NCBI GenBank assembly: GCA_001798185.1
Contig: MGRM01000006.1
Coordinates: forward strand, 28,976-92,975
Reading direction: 5' to 3'
From: Deltaproteobacteria bacterium RIFCSPHIGHO2_02_FULL_44_16
GTDB taxonomy: Bacteria > UBA10199 > 2-02-FULL-44-16
DNA: 64,000 nucleotides
In this document: piece by piece, positions 37,072-46,317 of the stretch
How positions within the stretch are numbered: position 1 is the first letter of the stretch
Layout: the number at the start of each line of letters is the position of its first letter
Made by a program: the position numbers and the translations under genes
The notes under the pieces: model-generated
The model's input: only the letters and a program-made list of their open reading frames with translations
What the model was told of the DNA's origin: nothing
Databases searched by the model: none

Positions 37072-38238
37072 ATGTTCAAACGCAAACTCCACATCGAACT
37101 GCCTCCTCACCAGTCCACTTTTTTGTGGGGAGCTCGTCAAACCGGAAAATCAACCTATCTGACTAAACATTTTCCTCATTCACTTCGATATGATTTTCTT
37201 CAATCAGATCTCTATTTGACGTTCCTCAAAGAACCTCATCGGTTACGGGAAGAACTGATTGAAAAACCGGCTTCGCTTTTACGATATCCAATTATTCTGG
37301 ATGAAGTCCAAAAAATTCCTCTTCTTCTTGATGAGGTCCACTGGCTCATTGAAAACAAAAAATTGAGTTTCATTTTGTGTGGATCAAGCGCTCGAAAATT
37401 GAAACGAGAAAAAGCGAACCTCTTGGGAGGGCGCGCCTGGCGCTTTGAAATGCACCCTCTTGTCTTTCCCGAAATCCCAAACCTTGATCTTCTGCGAGCC
37501 TTGAACCAAGGCCTTTTACCAACTCACTATACAACAGATTACCCTGAAAGATCGCTCAAAGCCTATGTCACAGATTATTTGACAGAAGAAATCAAGGCCG
37601 AGGGACTTAGCCGCAATCTTGCAGCCTTTGCCAAATTTTTGGAGGCGGCTGCTTTCTCTCACGGTCAATTGGTTGAATATAAAAATATTGCGAGCGACTG
37701 TGGCGTCGATGCCAAAACCGTGAAAGAATATTTTGAAATTTTAAAAGATACCTATATTGCCTCTTTTCTCGCACCGCTTCCAAAGAAGAAGGATCGAAAA
37801 ACTATCACGGCAACTCCAAAATTTTATTTTTTTGATCCTGGTATTGCAAATTTTTTAACAAAAACGCCGTTGCTTCAACTCAAAGGAACTCAGGCGGGGA
37901 CAAGTTTTGAGAGTTATCTCTTCCATGAAATTCAGACATATCGTGCCTACTCCGAAAAAAATTTCGAACTCCACTATTGGCGTACAACAGCAGGCCACGA
38001 AGTGGATTTTGTGATCAACGAAGATGAAATTTATATCGAAGCAAAAATTTCAGAAAACATAAAACTTGCAGACCTTGTTGGATTAAGAAATCTGATGCAT
38101 CAAACTCCCGCAAAAAAAGCGTATGTCGTCTCACAAGAAAAAAGACCGCGCCTCCTCACAACTCCTGAAGGGGCAAAAATTCATATTCTTCCCTGGAAAC
38201 ACTTTCTCGAAGCTCTCTGGAACGAAGATATTGTTTAA
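37072..38238 (+). CDS. ATPase, AAA+ superfamily (AAA_14/DUF4143-type), paralogue
   Basis: Walker A GARQTGKST and Walker B ILDEVQ. Same architecture as 14723-15859. Confidence 0.75.
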   Translation: MFKRKLHIELPPHQSTFLWGARQTGKSTYLTKHFPHSLRYDFLQSDLYLTFLKEPHRLREELIEKPASLLRYPIILDEVQKIPLLLDEVHWLIENKKLSFILCGSSARKLKREKANLLGGRAWRFEMHPLVFPEIPNLDLLRALNQGLLPTHYTTDYPERSLKAYVTDYLTEEIKAEGLSRNLAAFAKFLEAAAFSHGQLVEYKNIASDCGVDAKTVKEYFEILKDTYIASFLAPLPKKKDRKTITATPKFYFFDPGIANFLTKTPLLQLKGTQAGTSFESYLFHEIQTYRAYSEKNFELHYWRTTAGHEVDFVINEDEIYIEAKISENIKLADLVGLRNLMHQTPAKKAYVVSQEKRPRLLTTPEGAKIHILPWKHFLEALWNEDIV

Positions 38239-38242
38239 ATAT

Positions 38243-40303
38243 TTATTCACTCCCTGAAGAAATAAATTCCATCCTTACTGCAGCAACACCTGAAGGAAGA
38301 GAGAGCTCAGGAAAATACTTTTGTTGCAGTTCGAAGAAAGCATTCCAGTCACTTCTCTCCATTTCAGAGGCAACCAGCTGAGCGACTTTTTCTGAATGAT
38401 GGAGTGCCACAAAAAGACGATAGGCTGCTTCACTGTCTCCCATGTAGGACATCCATCCTTTGCCTCCAAGCTCCTGCAATATTTTGATGCGAATCGGTCC
38501 CATTGCCTCCGAACGCCAGAGTTCACTCTGAAAGAGACTCGTGGGAAGAATATGTTCTTCGAAGAGATCGACAATCGCATCATCATCGAGTTCATGGCGC
38601 TCATCTTCTGCAAAATATTGAAGACGTTGACGATCCTGTTGTTCCATTGCCTTAAATAAATTTTCAGCAACTCGATTTTCTTCTGCTTCTGCGTGTGTCC
38701 CTTGAGCAGTGAACCCTACTACAATACCTCCAATGACGAGAACAACGGCTGCAGTTCCTCCTGTCCCGATAAAGAGCAGTATGCCTCCAGCAAGTCCAGC
38801 TCCTCCGGCTAACATCTCGCTGACCGATGAAGCTTTTTCTACCCCGCTTGTGATTTCAAAGTCGCGCATGTCATCATAGGTATGTTTGATGCCATAAGCG
38901 AATTGTGTCGCACTTCCAAGAACCGCGGAACCGGAAGTCGCAACCCGCGCAACCCCAAGCACTTCAGCTCCTTGCGGAATTCCAGGCAAAAGAAATCCTG
39001 TAACATACAATGTGGAAGATCCGATGGCTGCGGTTGCTGCAGTCATATTCAGCGTCACATCAAGACGATCTTCAACAGGATCATCGATTGAGTTCGCTGC
39101 ACTGATGACATCAAAAACAGCAAAACTGCTTGCGGTAAGTCCAAGGGCATGACTTGAAGCAAGAAAGGTTCGATTATTCATGAACGTGTAGGAAGGAGTC
39201 CTATGAAGTCTCTCTACATCCAAATCCAGTGATGACGGACGGGCTGTTTTGATACTTGGCATCATTGTATTTTCGCCCGTGACAGAATATTGGTTATATT
39301 GTGGAGAACGAACCGCGAGGGCAGCGGCAAGTTCGGCACGGTTGATTCTCTCAAGCTCGAGAATAACAAATGGTCTTCCAAACCGCTCAAATGTCTCTTC
39401 CGAAAAACGAAACAAGGCGGCTGTCTGGGCAAATCTCCGGAATAAAGCTTCTTGCAAAAAGATGAAATGTGCCTGTTGATCCCGCGCTCCAGAACCAAAG
39501 CGGGCGAAAGGATTCCAAAAATAATCACGTCTCATCTGTGCATAAGCTGCAACGAAAGTTTCTCGTTGCGAAGGTGTAAGACGCTCAAAAAAAGGCTGAC
39601 CACGCAAATGTCGATAAAAGGCAGCTTCAGCGTTTGTGGTTTGAGAATTGGCAATACTTAAACTTTCGCCTAATTCTCTTCTTACAATGACAGCTAATAG
39701 ATCTTCAACCGATTCAACCGAATCACGAGAAATTGAATCCACACCCAAAAAAGATCGAAAATTCTGAGGAGAAGAAAAACCACGCTCAAAAAATACTTTT
39801 ACACTAGCGTGTTGCATCTCTGAAAGAGCACGTTCAAATTCTCCAACATATACTCGAAGAACTCGCTCTCGTTCAAAAAAATGAAAAGGAACCGCACTGT
39901 CTCGATGTGATGATATTCGTAGATTTTGTGGAGGACTTACATCGATAAACTGTACGGTAACGGTATGTAACCCTAGTCGTTCAAGAACGCTCGCAAGATA
40001 TGGTCCAAGAATTGTTTTCCATCGTTCATTCGTTATTGGTCCTTCTCCAAAAGAGAGGGGAGTGTTTCTGACAATAGCAGCAATCTCTTCGAGTCTTACC
40101 ATATTGACACCACGAAAGAGCATACTCGTCATGAACCCGTGAGCATAAAGAACTGGTACTCTCCCACCTATCCACGCATCTTCGGATGGATCTACCTGCC
40201 GCCTTGCCTCTTCAAGCATTGCAGCTCCCCAAGGTTCATTATCTGTAACATTCTGTACAGCTTTCGCTGAAGAAGATGTGACTGTTATGCCATCGCCTGC
40301 CAT
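38243..40303 (-). CDS. large hypothetical protein with a Gly-zipper hydrophobic segment
   Basis: About 690 aa. GGAGLAGGILLFIGTGGTAAVVLVIGGIVVGF is a bilobed hydrophobic segment. No catalytic motif recognised. Confidence 0.35.
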   Translation of the reverse strand: MAGDGITVTSSSAKAVQNVTDNEPWGAAMLEEARRQVDPSEDAWIGGRVPVLYAHGFMTSMLFRGVNMVRLEEIAAIVRNTPLSFGEGPITNERWKTILGPYLASVLERLGLHTVTVQFIDVSPPQNLRISSHRDSAVPFHFFERERVLRVYVGEFERALSEMQHASVKVFFERGFSSPQNFRSFLGVDSISRDSVESVEDLLAVIVRRELGESLSIANSQTTNAEAAFYRHLRGQPFFERLTPSQRETFVAAYAQMRRDYFWNPFARFGSGARDQQAHFIFLQEALFRRFAQTAALFRFSEETFERFGRPFVILELERINRAELAAALAVRSPQYNQYSVTGENTMMPSIKTARPSSLDLDVERLHRTPSYTFMNNRTFLASSHALGLTASSFAVFDVISAANSIDDPVEDRLDVTLNMTAATAAIGSSTLYVTGFLLPGIPQGAEVLGVARVATSGSAVLGSATQFAYGIKHTYDDMRDFEITSGVEKASSVSEMLAGGAGLAGGILLFIGTGGTAAVVLVIGGIVVGFTAQGTHAEAEENRVAENLFKAMEQQDRQRLQYFAEDERHELDDDAIVDLFEEHILPTSLFQSELWRSEAMGPIRIKILQELGGKGWMSYMGDSEAAYRLFVALHHSEKVAQLVASEMERSDWNAFFELQQKYFPELSLPSGVAAVRMEFISSGSE

Positions 40304-40429
40304 AAAGCTCCTTTTGCAGATTCTTCGTCGTAGAAAAAAGAAAGTTGCTAGAAGGAAAGGCGCAACTTTTTTGGGAAAGAGGCGAAAAAAAGGTGAAGTT
40401 TTCAATTACCAATAACTGACAGTCAGTTA

Positions 40430-40819
40430 TTGGCAAAGAGCTCTCGACATTTTGATGACCCGAGGTATAAAAGTATCATGCTGGCACACGACGAACGACG
40501 ACAAGATCCACGAGTGATGATCAATAAACCCGTTATCTTAAGACATGCCGGAAGACTTCTTCCCGCAACTGTTCTGAATGTGAGCCGTAGTGGAATGCGC
40601 CTTACCTCCTCTGAGAAAAATTTTATTCGTAATACTTCTGTAGAAGTTATCTTTGATCTCGACAGTGAACGTCGGGATCTCTCCTTGCGTGGACGAATTA
40701 TTCGTGTAGAAATACCGAGCGGGGGAGATATCGGGATTCAATTTTCAAATGCGTTTTCCACGAGCAATCAACAACTCGAATCCTATCTCGACGAACACCT
40801 CCCCTTAAAAGTGGCTTAA
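40430..40819 (+). CDS. PilZ-domain protein (putative c-di-GMP receptor)
   Basis: RRQDPR...(N27)...NVSRSGMRL matches the PilZ RxxxR / DxSxxG motifs. Confidence 0.6.
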   Translation: MAKSSRHFDDPRYKSIMLAHDERRQDPRVMINKPVILRHAGRLLPATVLNVSRSGMRLTSSEKNFIRNTSVEVIFDLDSERRDLSLRGRIIRVEIPSGGDIGIQFSNAFSTSNQQLESYLDEHLPLKVA

Positions 40820-40826
40820 ACAAATT

Positions 40827-41756
40827 ATGGCAAGCATTGGATCGGTCGGTTTGTGGATTTGGTTTACTGTTTTTATTCTCATTCTTTTAGCGCTCGACCT
40901 CGGTTTTTTTCACCGCGAAGCCAAAGAAGTTCGCGTTCGCGAAGCGCTTCTCTGGAGTCTGATCTGGATTTCGCTCGCTCTTCTTTTTAATGCCTTTATT
41001 TATTTCTGGTTTGGACCGCGACCTGCTCTTGAATTTTTGACAGGCTACATCATTGAAAAATCTCTTTCCGTCGATAACCTTTTTGTTTTTATCGTTCTCT
41101 TTTCTTATTTTTGCGTTCCCAAAAATCTTCATCATCGCGTTCTTTTCTGGGGAATTCTCGCAGCACTTGTCATGCGTGCTGGGTTTATTGCGATGGGAGC
41201 AGCGTTGGTTCATTCGTTCGGATGGATGCTCTATCTCTTCGGTGCGTTTCTTGTTTTCACCGGCATCAAACTCTTCTTTCAAGATGAGATCGAAGTCCAC
41301 CCTGAGCGAAACTGGATCGTCAAACTCTATCAACGCTTTGTTCCTGCGGTCAGCTCTTATCATGAACATCACTTTATGATTTTGAAAGATGGAAAATGGT
41401 TTGCAACTCCTCTTCTGTTAGTGCTTGTCGTCATCAATATTACCGATATCATTTTTGCCGTTGATTCCATTCCGGCTATTTTCGCCATCACCACCGATCC
41501 TTTTATTGTTTATACCTCGAATATTTTTGCAATCTTAGGGCTTCGTGCCCTCTACTTTTTACTGGCGGGCATGATTGGGAAATTTCATTATCTGAAAATT
41601 GGTCTCGCGATTGTCCTCATTTTTATCGGAACCAAAATGTTGATCGTTAAATGGTTCCCCATTCCAATTGTCTATTCTCTTCTTTTTGTCGTCTCAGTCA
41701 TTGCTCTTTCCATTCTGGTTTCTCTGTTAAAACCGAAAAAAGAATTGAATCTTTAA
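40827..41756 (+). CDS. TerC-family integral membrane protein
   Basis: EKSLSVDNLFVF and later DSIPAIFAIT blocks; about 8 TM helices. Confidence 0.8.
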   Translation: MASIGSVGLWIWFTVFILILLALDLGFFHREAKEVRVREALLWSLIWISLALLFNAFIYFWFGPRPALEFLTGYIIEKSLSVDNLFVFIVLFSYFCVPKNLHHRVLFWGILAALVMRAGFIAMGAALVHSFGWMLYLFGAFLVFTGIKLFFQDEIEVHPERNWIVKLYQRFVPAVSSYHEHHFMILKDGKWFATPLLLVLVVINITDIIFAVDSIPAIFAITTDPFIVYTSNIFAILGLRALYFLLAGMIGKFHYLKIGLAIVLIFIGTKMLIVKWFPIPIVYSLLFVVSVIALSILVSLLKPKKELNL

Positions 41757-41767
41757 AAGAAACTATC

Positions 41768-41892
41768 TTCAAAACTGACAAATAATTCGGGTGGCTCCGA
41801 CGCCGGATCCCAGGGGCGCCCCACCCACGATTTATGGGTGGGGAGGTGGAACGGCGGAGGTGACAGGACCCGTGCCAGCGAACGTTTTGAAA
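41768..41892 (+). ncRNA. candidate structured RNA or 5' leader element, family 2, copy A (~125 nt)
   Basis: TTCAAAAC...GTTTTGAA closing stem; conserved core ATTCGGGTGGCTCCGACGCCGGATCCCAGGGG...GAGGTGGAACGGCGGAGG(T/C)GACAGGACCCGT; variable hairpin CCCCACCCA-cgatttat-GGGTGGGG. Upstream of gdhA. Confidence 0.45.
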
Positions 41893-41943
41893 TAGTTTCT
41901 TAAACGCCTCCGAGAAACTTTTTAGCTTTTCTCTTGAAGAATC

Positions 41944-43314
41944 GTGCAAGACGACATACACCCGCCGCATCAATATAGAGGAGAGAGATCCATGGGTTCC
42001 CCAAAACCACCATCACTGAAAAAAGCCTTAAAAAAACGAAACCTCGACATGGGACTTCAATCAACCACCGCATTTGAAAATGCGATGACCCAGTTTGACG
42101 ATGCTGCCGGTATTTTAAAATTGAGTAAGGACCAAATCGCACTGATTAAACAACCGCGTCGCATTGTGGAAACGAAACTGACCGTCCGCATGGACGATGG
42201 TCATATCGAAGTCTTCACTGCCTACCGTGTTCAACACAATATTGCGCGCGGCCCTGCAAAAGGTGGCGTTCGATTTCATCCCGATGTCTCACTTGACGAA
42301 GTCAAAGCCCTCGCTTTCTGGATGACGGTCAAATGCGCTGTGGTGAATATTCCCATGGGTGGTGCAAAAGGAGGCGTCATCGTCGATCCGACCAAACTCT
42401 CTTACGGCGAACGCGAACGTCTCTCTCGACTTTACTTTACAGAAATGATCGACATGTTTGGTCCTGATCGCGACATTCCTGCTCCTGATGTGGGGACAGA
42501 CGCGCAAGTGATGGCGTGGTTTTTGGATGCTTATTCTCATCATCATGGAAATTATGTTCCTGCCGTGGTCACCGGAAAGCCCATTGAACTTGGTGGATCA
42601 CATGGCCGGGTTCAGGCAACAGCTCAGGGGATGATTTACTGTTTGCACGAGGCAGCTGAGATCCTCAATTTCTCGATACCCGGCACAACCGTTGCCATTC
42701 AAGGATTTGGCAATGCTGGCTCAAATGCGGCAATCCTTCTTCATGCAGCCGGCGCAAAAGTGGTCGCTATCTCCGATATGTCTGGAGCTTTTTATAATCC
42801 TGACGGCCTCGACATTCCTGCAGCGCTTGCCCATGTCAAAGAGAAACACAAACTGAAAGGCATTGAGAAGACCATGAAGTGTACGTTGATGGATGATCCC
42901 ATGGAGCTTCTCTTTCTCCCTGTCGATATTTTGATTCCCGCAGCCCTCGAAAATCAGATCGTCTCGAGAAATGCGGATAAGGTACAGGCAAAAATTGTGG
43001 CCGAATGCGCGAATGGACCCGTTTCTCAGAAGGCCACCAAAATTCTGGAAGAAAAAGGAATTTTCATCATTCCTGATATTCTCTGTAATGCCGGAGGAGT
43101 CACCGTTTCCTATCTGGAGTGGGTGCAAAACAGACTCGGATATTATTGGACCAAAGATCGTATTCAAAAAGAACTGCGTCGCTATATGGTCGATGCGTTT
43201 ACTACGATTCACAAAGCGTCTCAGGAATATAAAGTCGGTATGCGACTCGCTGCTTACATCGTCGCTCTCGATCGTGTCTTGACAGCTTCAGAGCTGCGTG
43301 GGTTGTACGGATAA
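41944..43314 (+). CDS. gdhA: NAD(P)-specific glutamate dehydrogenase
   Basis: GGAKGGV catalytic Lys region and GFGNAG dinucleotide-binding motif. True start may be the ATG at about 41992. Confidence 0.9.
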   Translation: MQDDIHPPHQYRGERSMGSPKPPSLKKALKKRNLDMGLQSTTAFENAMTQFDDAAGILKLSKDQIALIKQPRRIVETKLTVRMDDGHIEVFTAYRVQHNIARGPAKGGVRFHPDVSLDEVKALAFWMTVKCAVVNIPMGGAKGGVIVDPTKLSYGERERLSRLYFTEMIDMFGPDRDIPAPDVGTDAQVMAWFLDAYSHHHGNYVPAVVTGKPIELGGSHGRVQATAQGMIYCLHEAAEILNFSIPGTTVAIQGFGNAGSNAAILLHAAGAKVVAISDMSGAFYNPDGLDIPAALAHVKEKHKLKGIEKTMKCTLMDDPMELLFLPVDILIPAALENQIVSRNADKVQAKIVAECANGPVSQKATKILEEKGIFIIPDILCNAGGVTVSYLEWVQNRLGYYWTKDRIQKELRRYMVDAFTTIHKASQEYKVGMRLAAYIVALDRVLTASELRGLYG

Positions 43315-44033
43315 TGCCTATTGAGAAAATAAACACCCAGCTTCTTGGTCTTCCGCCTGCGTGGATGAGCCGTGCGGTCCAGCGCGGCGGAGAGATGGGG
43401 AACTCCGAGGCTATCAAGAAACTCCTCGGTGAACCAATTCCCCAACTGGTGGATCCGAAAAATCTGACTCCACACATCGCTCAATTTTTCCGACGCAATG
43501 GGACCCTTGAAAGAATCCGAAAAAAACTAGCGCTTATCTCCAGAAAAAAGGGGGGCGCCTTTATTCCAGCTCGTGGCACGATTGCGTCTGTCGATGAAGA
43601 CGACAATATTTATGTCGGCGTCGATTTTCTCGAACAGTTTGGCGATGACGAAAATCTCCTCGCTGCAATTCTTGCTCATGAATGGGGTCACATGATGAGC
43701 GATCGGCGCAAAGTCGACTGGTCCCATGTCACGATTGACGAACTCTTCGCCATTCGTCGCGACGAAGAGGCCGAAGCTGACGCTTTTTCCGGGCGCGCAC
43801 TTTTTCTTCTCGGATATTCTCCTGATTCGATGATTCATCTTTTGGAAACACTTCGAAATCAAAAGAAAAAACGAAAATTTGAATCACGGAAATATCATAA
43901 CACCGCAACACGCATCGAAATTTTTCGACAATCTTATAATGCCGTCAAACGAGCACTCGAAGTCGCTCGCCGCCTCTTCTTTAGTTCAGGACACACAGCG
44001 CCAAAGATGGGTCAAATTATTGGGGAAGGTTAA
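43314..44033 (+). CDS. putative zinc metallopeptidase (HEXXH motif), coupled to gdhA
   Basis: AAILAHEWGHMM followed by EAEAD. TAATG overlap with the gdhA stop. Confidence 0.45.
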   Translation: MPIEKINTQLLGLPPAWMSRAVQRGGEMGNSEAIKKLLGEPIPQLVDPKNLTPHIAQFFRRNGTLERIRKKLALISRKKGGAFIPARGTIASVDEDDNIYVGVDFLEQFGDDENLLAAILAHEWGHMMSDRRKVDWSHVTIDELFAIRRDEEAEADAFSGRALFLLGYSPDSMIHLLETLRNQKKKRKFESRKYHNTATRIEIFRQSYNAVKRALEVARRLFFSSGHTAPKMGQIIGEG

Positions 44034-44049
44034 CACTTGGAAAATGCAT

Positions 44050-44165
44050 TTCAAAACTGACAAATGATTCGGGTGGCTCCGACGCCGGATCCCAGGGGTG
44101 CCCCGCGTCAGCGGGGAGGTGGAACGGCGGAGGCGACAGGACCCGTATCAGCAAATGTTTTGAAA
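44050..44165 (+). ncRNA. candidate structured RNA or 5' leader element, family 2, copy B (~116 nt)
   Basis: Same ends and core as 41768-41892, but the variable hairpin is CCCCGC-gtca-GCGGGG (compensatory change). Upstream of the rpiB-like gene. Confidence 0.45.
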
Positions 44166-44184
44166 TGCGTTTTTCAAAAGGATA

Positions 44185-44613
44185 ATGATGAAAATCATCG
44201 TCGCAAGTGATAAAAAAACCGCCTTAACGGATATGGTGATCAAAACACTTCATCAGAAGAACCATGAGGTCATCTTGGCAGGAGATTTGGTCAAAAAAAA
44301 TGGGAAATGGGCTGAAATTGCAATCGATGCCGCTCAGCACGTTGTCAGCGGTGAAGCTGATCAGGGCATTTTTTTCTGTTGGAGTGGAACAGGGATTTGT
44401 ATTGCCGCAAATAAAGTGAAGGGTGCACGAGCAGCCCTCTGTTCAGACCCAGAAACAGCGCAGATGGCACGTAAATGGAATGACGCCAATATTCTCTGCT
44501 TAAGTCTCCGCGCAACATCAGAAGCAACAGCAATAAGCATTCTCGATGCCTGGTTTTCAACAAAATTTGATGAAGAGGGTTTAGAGCAAGCACATATGGT
44601 AGATCGTTGGTAA
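44185..44613 (+). CDS. RpiB/LacA/LacB-family sugar-phosphate isomerase
   Basis: MKIIVASD...GIFFCWSGTGICIAANK is typical of RpiB. Confidence 0.7.
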   Translation: MMKIIVASDKKTALTDMVIKTLHQKNHEVILAGDLVKKNGKWAEIAIDAAQHVVSGEADQGIFFCWSGTGICIAANKVKGARAALCSDPETAQMARKWNDANILCLSLRATSEATAISILDAWFSTKFDEEGLEQAHMVDRW

Positions 44614-45113
44614 AAGGATTTGAATTCTTCAAAAAAATCTATTATCGAAAACCAGTGTGGTCAAAAAACCAAAAAGAAACGATTTATCTCAAATGGGGAA
44701 TTTCAACAGGCATAGGAGTTGCCCTTCTCGCGTATCTTGTTGAGTGGGTCTTTGTTTTGCTCGATGTGTCTCTTCTTCTTCCCTCAGACACAGAACTCAA
44801 TATTACTTTTGGCATTATAAGGGTATGGATCTTGTCTCGTTTTACTTTTTTGGTTTTTTATCCAATCATTTTATTGGTCATTTTAAAAAAAATTGACCGC
44901 ATTGCCCCCCACATGAACAAATATTCCGTTGCTCTGTATTCCTTATTCGGAATCTGGGTTACAGATATGGTGATTAATTCCATTGTTCTTGAAAAATTCT
45001 CTTTTTCCACACCTGGACTTCTGACTTTTGTTGTCGGGTTGCTTGTTGCTGTTTGTTATAAAATATCCAACAAACCTGCCTTAAAGGAGAAAAATGAAGA
45101 AAACACTTTGTAA
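44607..45113 (+). CDS. hypothetical membrane protein (4 TM helices)
   Basis: Overlaps the end of the rpiB-like gene; hydrophobic helices. Confidence 0.35.
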   Translation: MVKGFEFFKKIYYRKPVWSKNQKETIYLKWGISTGIGVALLAYLVEWVFVLLDVSLLLPSDTELNITFGIIRVWILSRFTFLVFYPIILLVILKKIDRIAPHMNKYSVALYSLFGIWVTDMVINSIVLEKFSFSTPGLLTFVVGLLVAVCYKISNKPALKEKNEENTL

Positions 45114-45738
45114 CATTCTGCTGATGCTTTTCTTGTTCGGCTGCACGGACGATGCCACACAAAGTATTCCTCCCACACAACAGAACCAAAATAACCCTGT
45201 TGCTCAAGCGAATACAAAAAACACGAAATTGGATTGTCAAGCACTGCTTTCTATAGATGAATATGTCAATGATTGTAATCGAGCCGTATTGGATCATAAA
45301 TACAAATACTATGTCGGCGAATATGAAATTTCACAGCAGGTTGGTTGCGATTTAGTACAGTTATACCAAGGTCATGATGGGCAGGAAAAAGAGCAGGGCA
45401 TGTATAGTTTTAGTTTACATTCGTACAATGATGGAGATGGAATTGATTTTGATACTGTAGTGGAGAAAATTATCAAGGGAAATGAGCTTATTGGTGGATT
45501 GAAAAATGAGCTTAAAGGGAGCGCCGGCATTGGGAACAAATCAGCTCTCATTATAAATTGGCGTGAACCTCCACACGGCGATTATATTATAGTTGAAAAC
45601 AAGAAAGGTGATGGATTCATACGTTTCACGTTCTCAGCATGCGGAAAGTTATCAGAAAAGTTGGAAAATATGAAAAAACCGGCGCAGCGTATATATGACA
45701 GGTTGGAGTTACTTCAGCCAGTTTATCCAAGGGAATAA
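45094..45738 (+). CDS. hypothetical lipoprotein
   Basis: Lipobox LFLFGCTDD. Confidence 0.4.
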   Translation: MKKTLCNILLMLFLFGCTDDATQSIPPTQQNQNNPVAQANTKNTKLDCQALLSIDEYVNDCNRAVLDHKYKYYVGEYEISQQVGCDLVQLYQGHDGQEKEQGMYSFSLHSYNDGDGIDFDTVVEKIIKGNELIGGLKNELKGSAGIGNKSALIINWREPPHGDYIIVENKKGDGFIRFTFSACGKLSEKLENMKKPAQRIYDRLELLQPVYPRE

Positions 45739-45740
45739 GG

Positions 45741-46304
45741 TTGAAAGAAGCTTCTGGCATTATACTGACAATTCTTATTCTTATTTGGTCTGTTTCTGCT
45801 TACTCATACCATCTTTCCGGATTTATTCTTCTTCGAACTCTCTCCAAGGAAATACAAGCGCAAAGGATTTCACCATCAAGACTCATCAGCAAATATCAAT
45901 TCAGCACAAATTTTATTTTATTTGGTGCTGTCATCGGTTTTTTTGGTGGTTGGATTGGCGCCCATTTCTGTCTTTTCCTGTTTTTCATATTTCCAAAAAT
46001 GGGAAGCGGTCCTCTTTTTTTCAAAATGAACCATATGGCGATTGCAATCCTGTGGATTCATACTGTCATTATTGCCTTTCTGGCAGCGAGTATACGACCT
46101 GAGAGCGTAAAACGAATGGTGCTAGACACCCCCAATCGATTGCTTGGTTTGAAGAGCTATGAAGTGACTTGTCATCCAAAATGGAAACAGATCGTTCTTT
46201 TTACATTTCCTGTTTGGGCAGTGGGTGTTTCCGTAACATTTTTGTTGATTATTTTTATCATTTGGAAGATTTATGAATTCATTTGCCATCATTCATTATT
46301 TTAA
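45741..46304 (+). CDS. hypothetical membrane protein
   Basis: Multiple TM helices. Confidence 0.35.
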   Translation: MKEASGIILTILILIWSVSAYSYHLSGFILLRTLSKEIQAQRISPSRLISKYQFSTNFILFGAVIGFFGGWIGAHFCLFLFFIFPKMGSGPLFFKMNHMAIAILWIHTVIIAFLAASIRPESVKRMVLDTPNRLLGLKSYEVTCHPKWKQIVLFTFPVWAVGVSVTFLLIIFIIWKIYEFICHHSLF

Positions 46305-46317
46305 TGAGGAGATATTT

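Noticed and set aside
41757-41943. Considered the family-2 element to be a yybP-ykoY (Mn) riboswitch because TerC is adjacent
   Set aside because: The element lies downstream of terC, not in its leader. It also lacks the yybP-ykoY conserved segments. Matches to SRP RNA, tmRNA and RNase P were rejected on sequence grounds.
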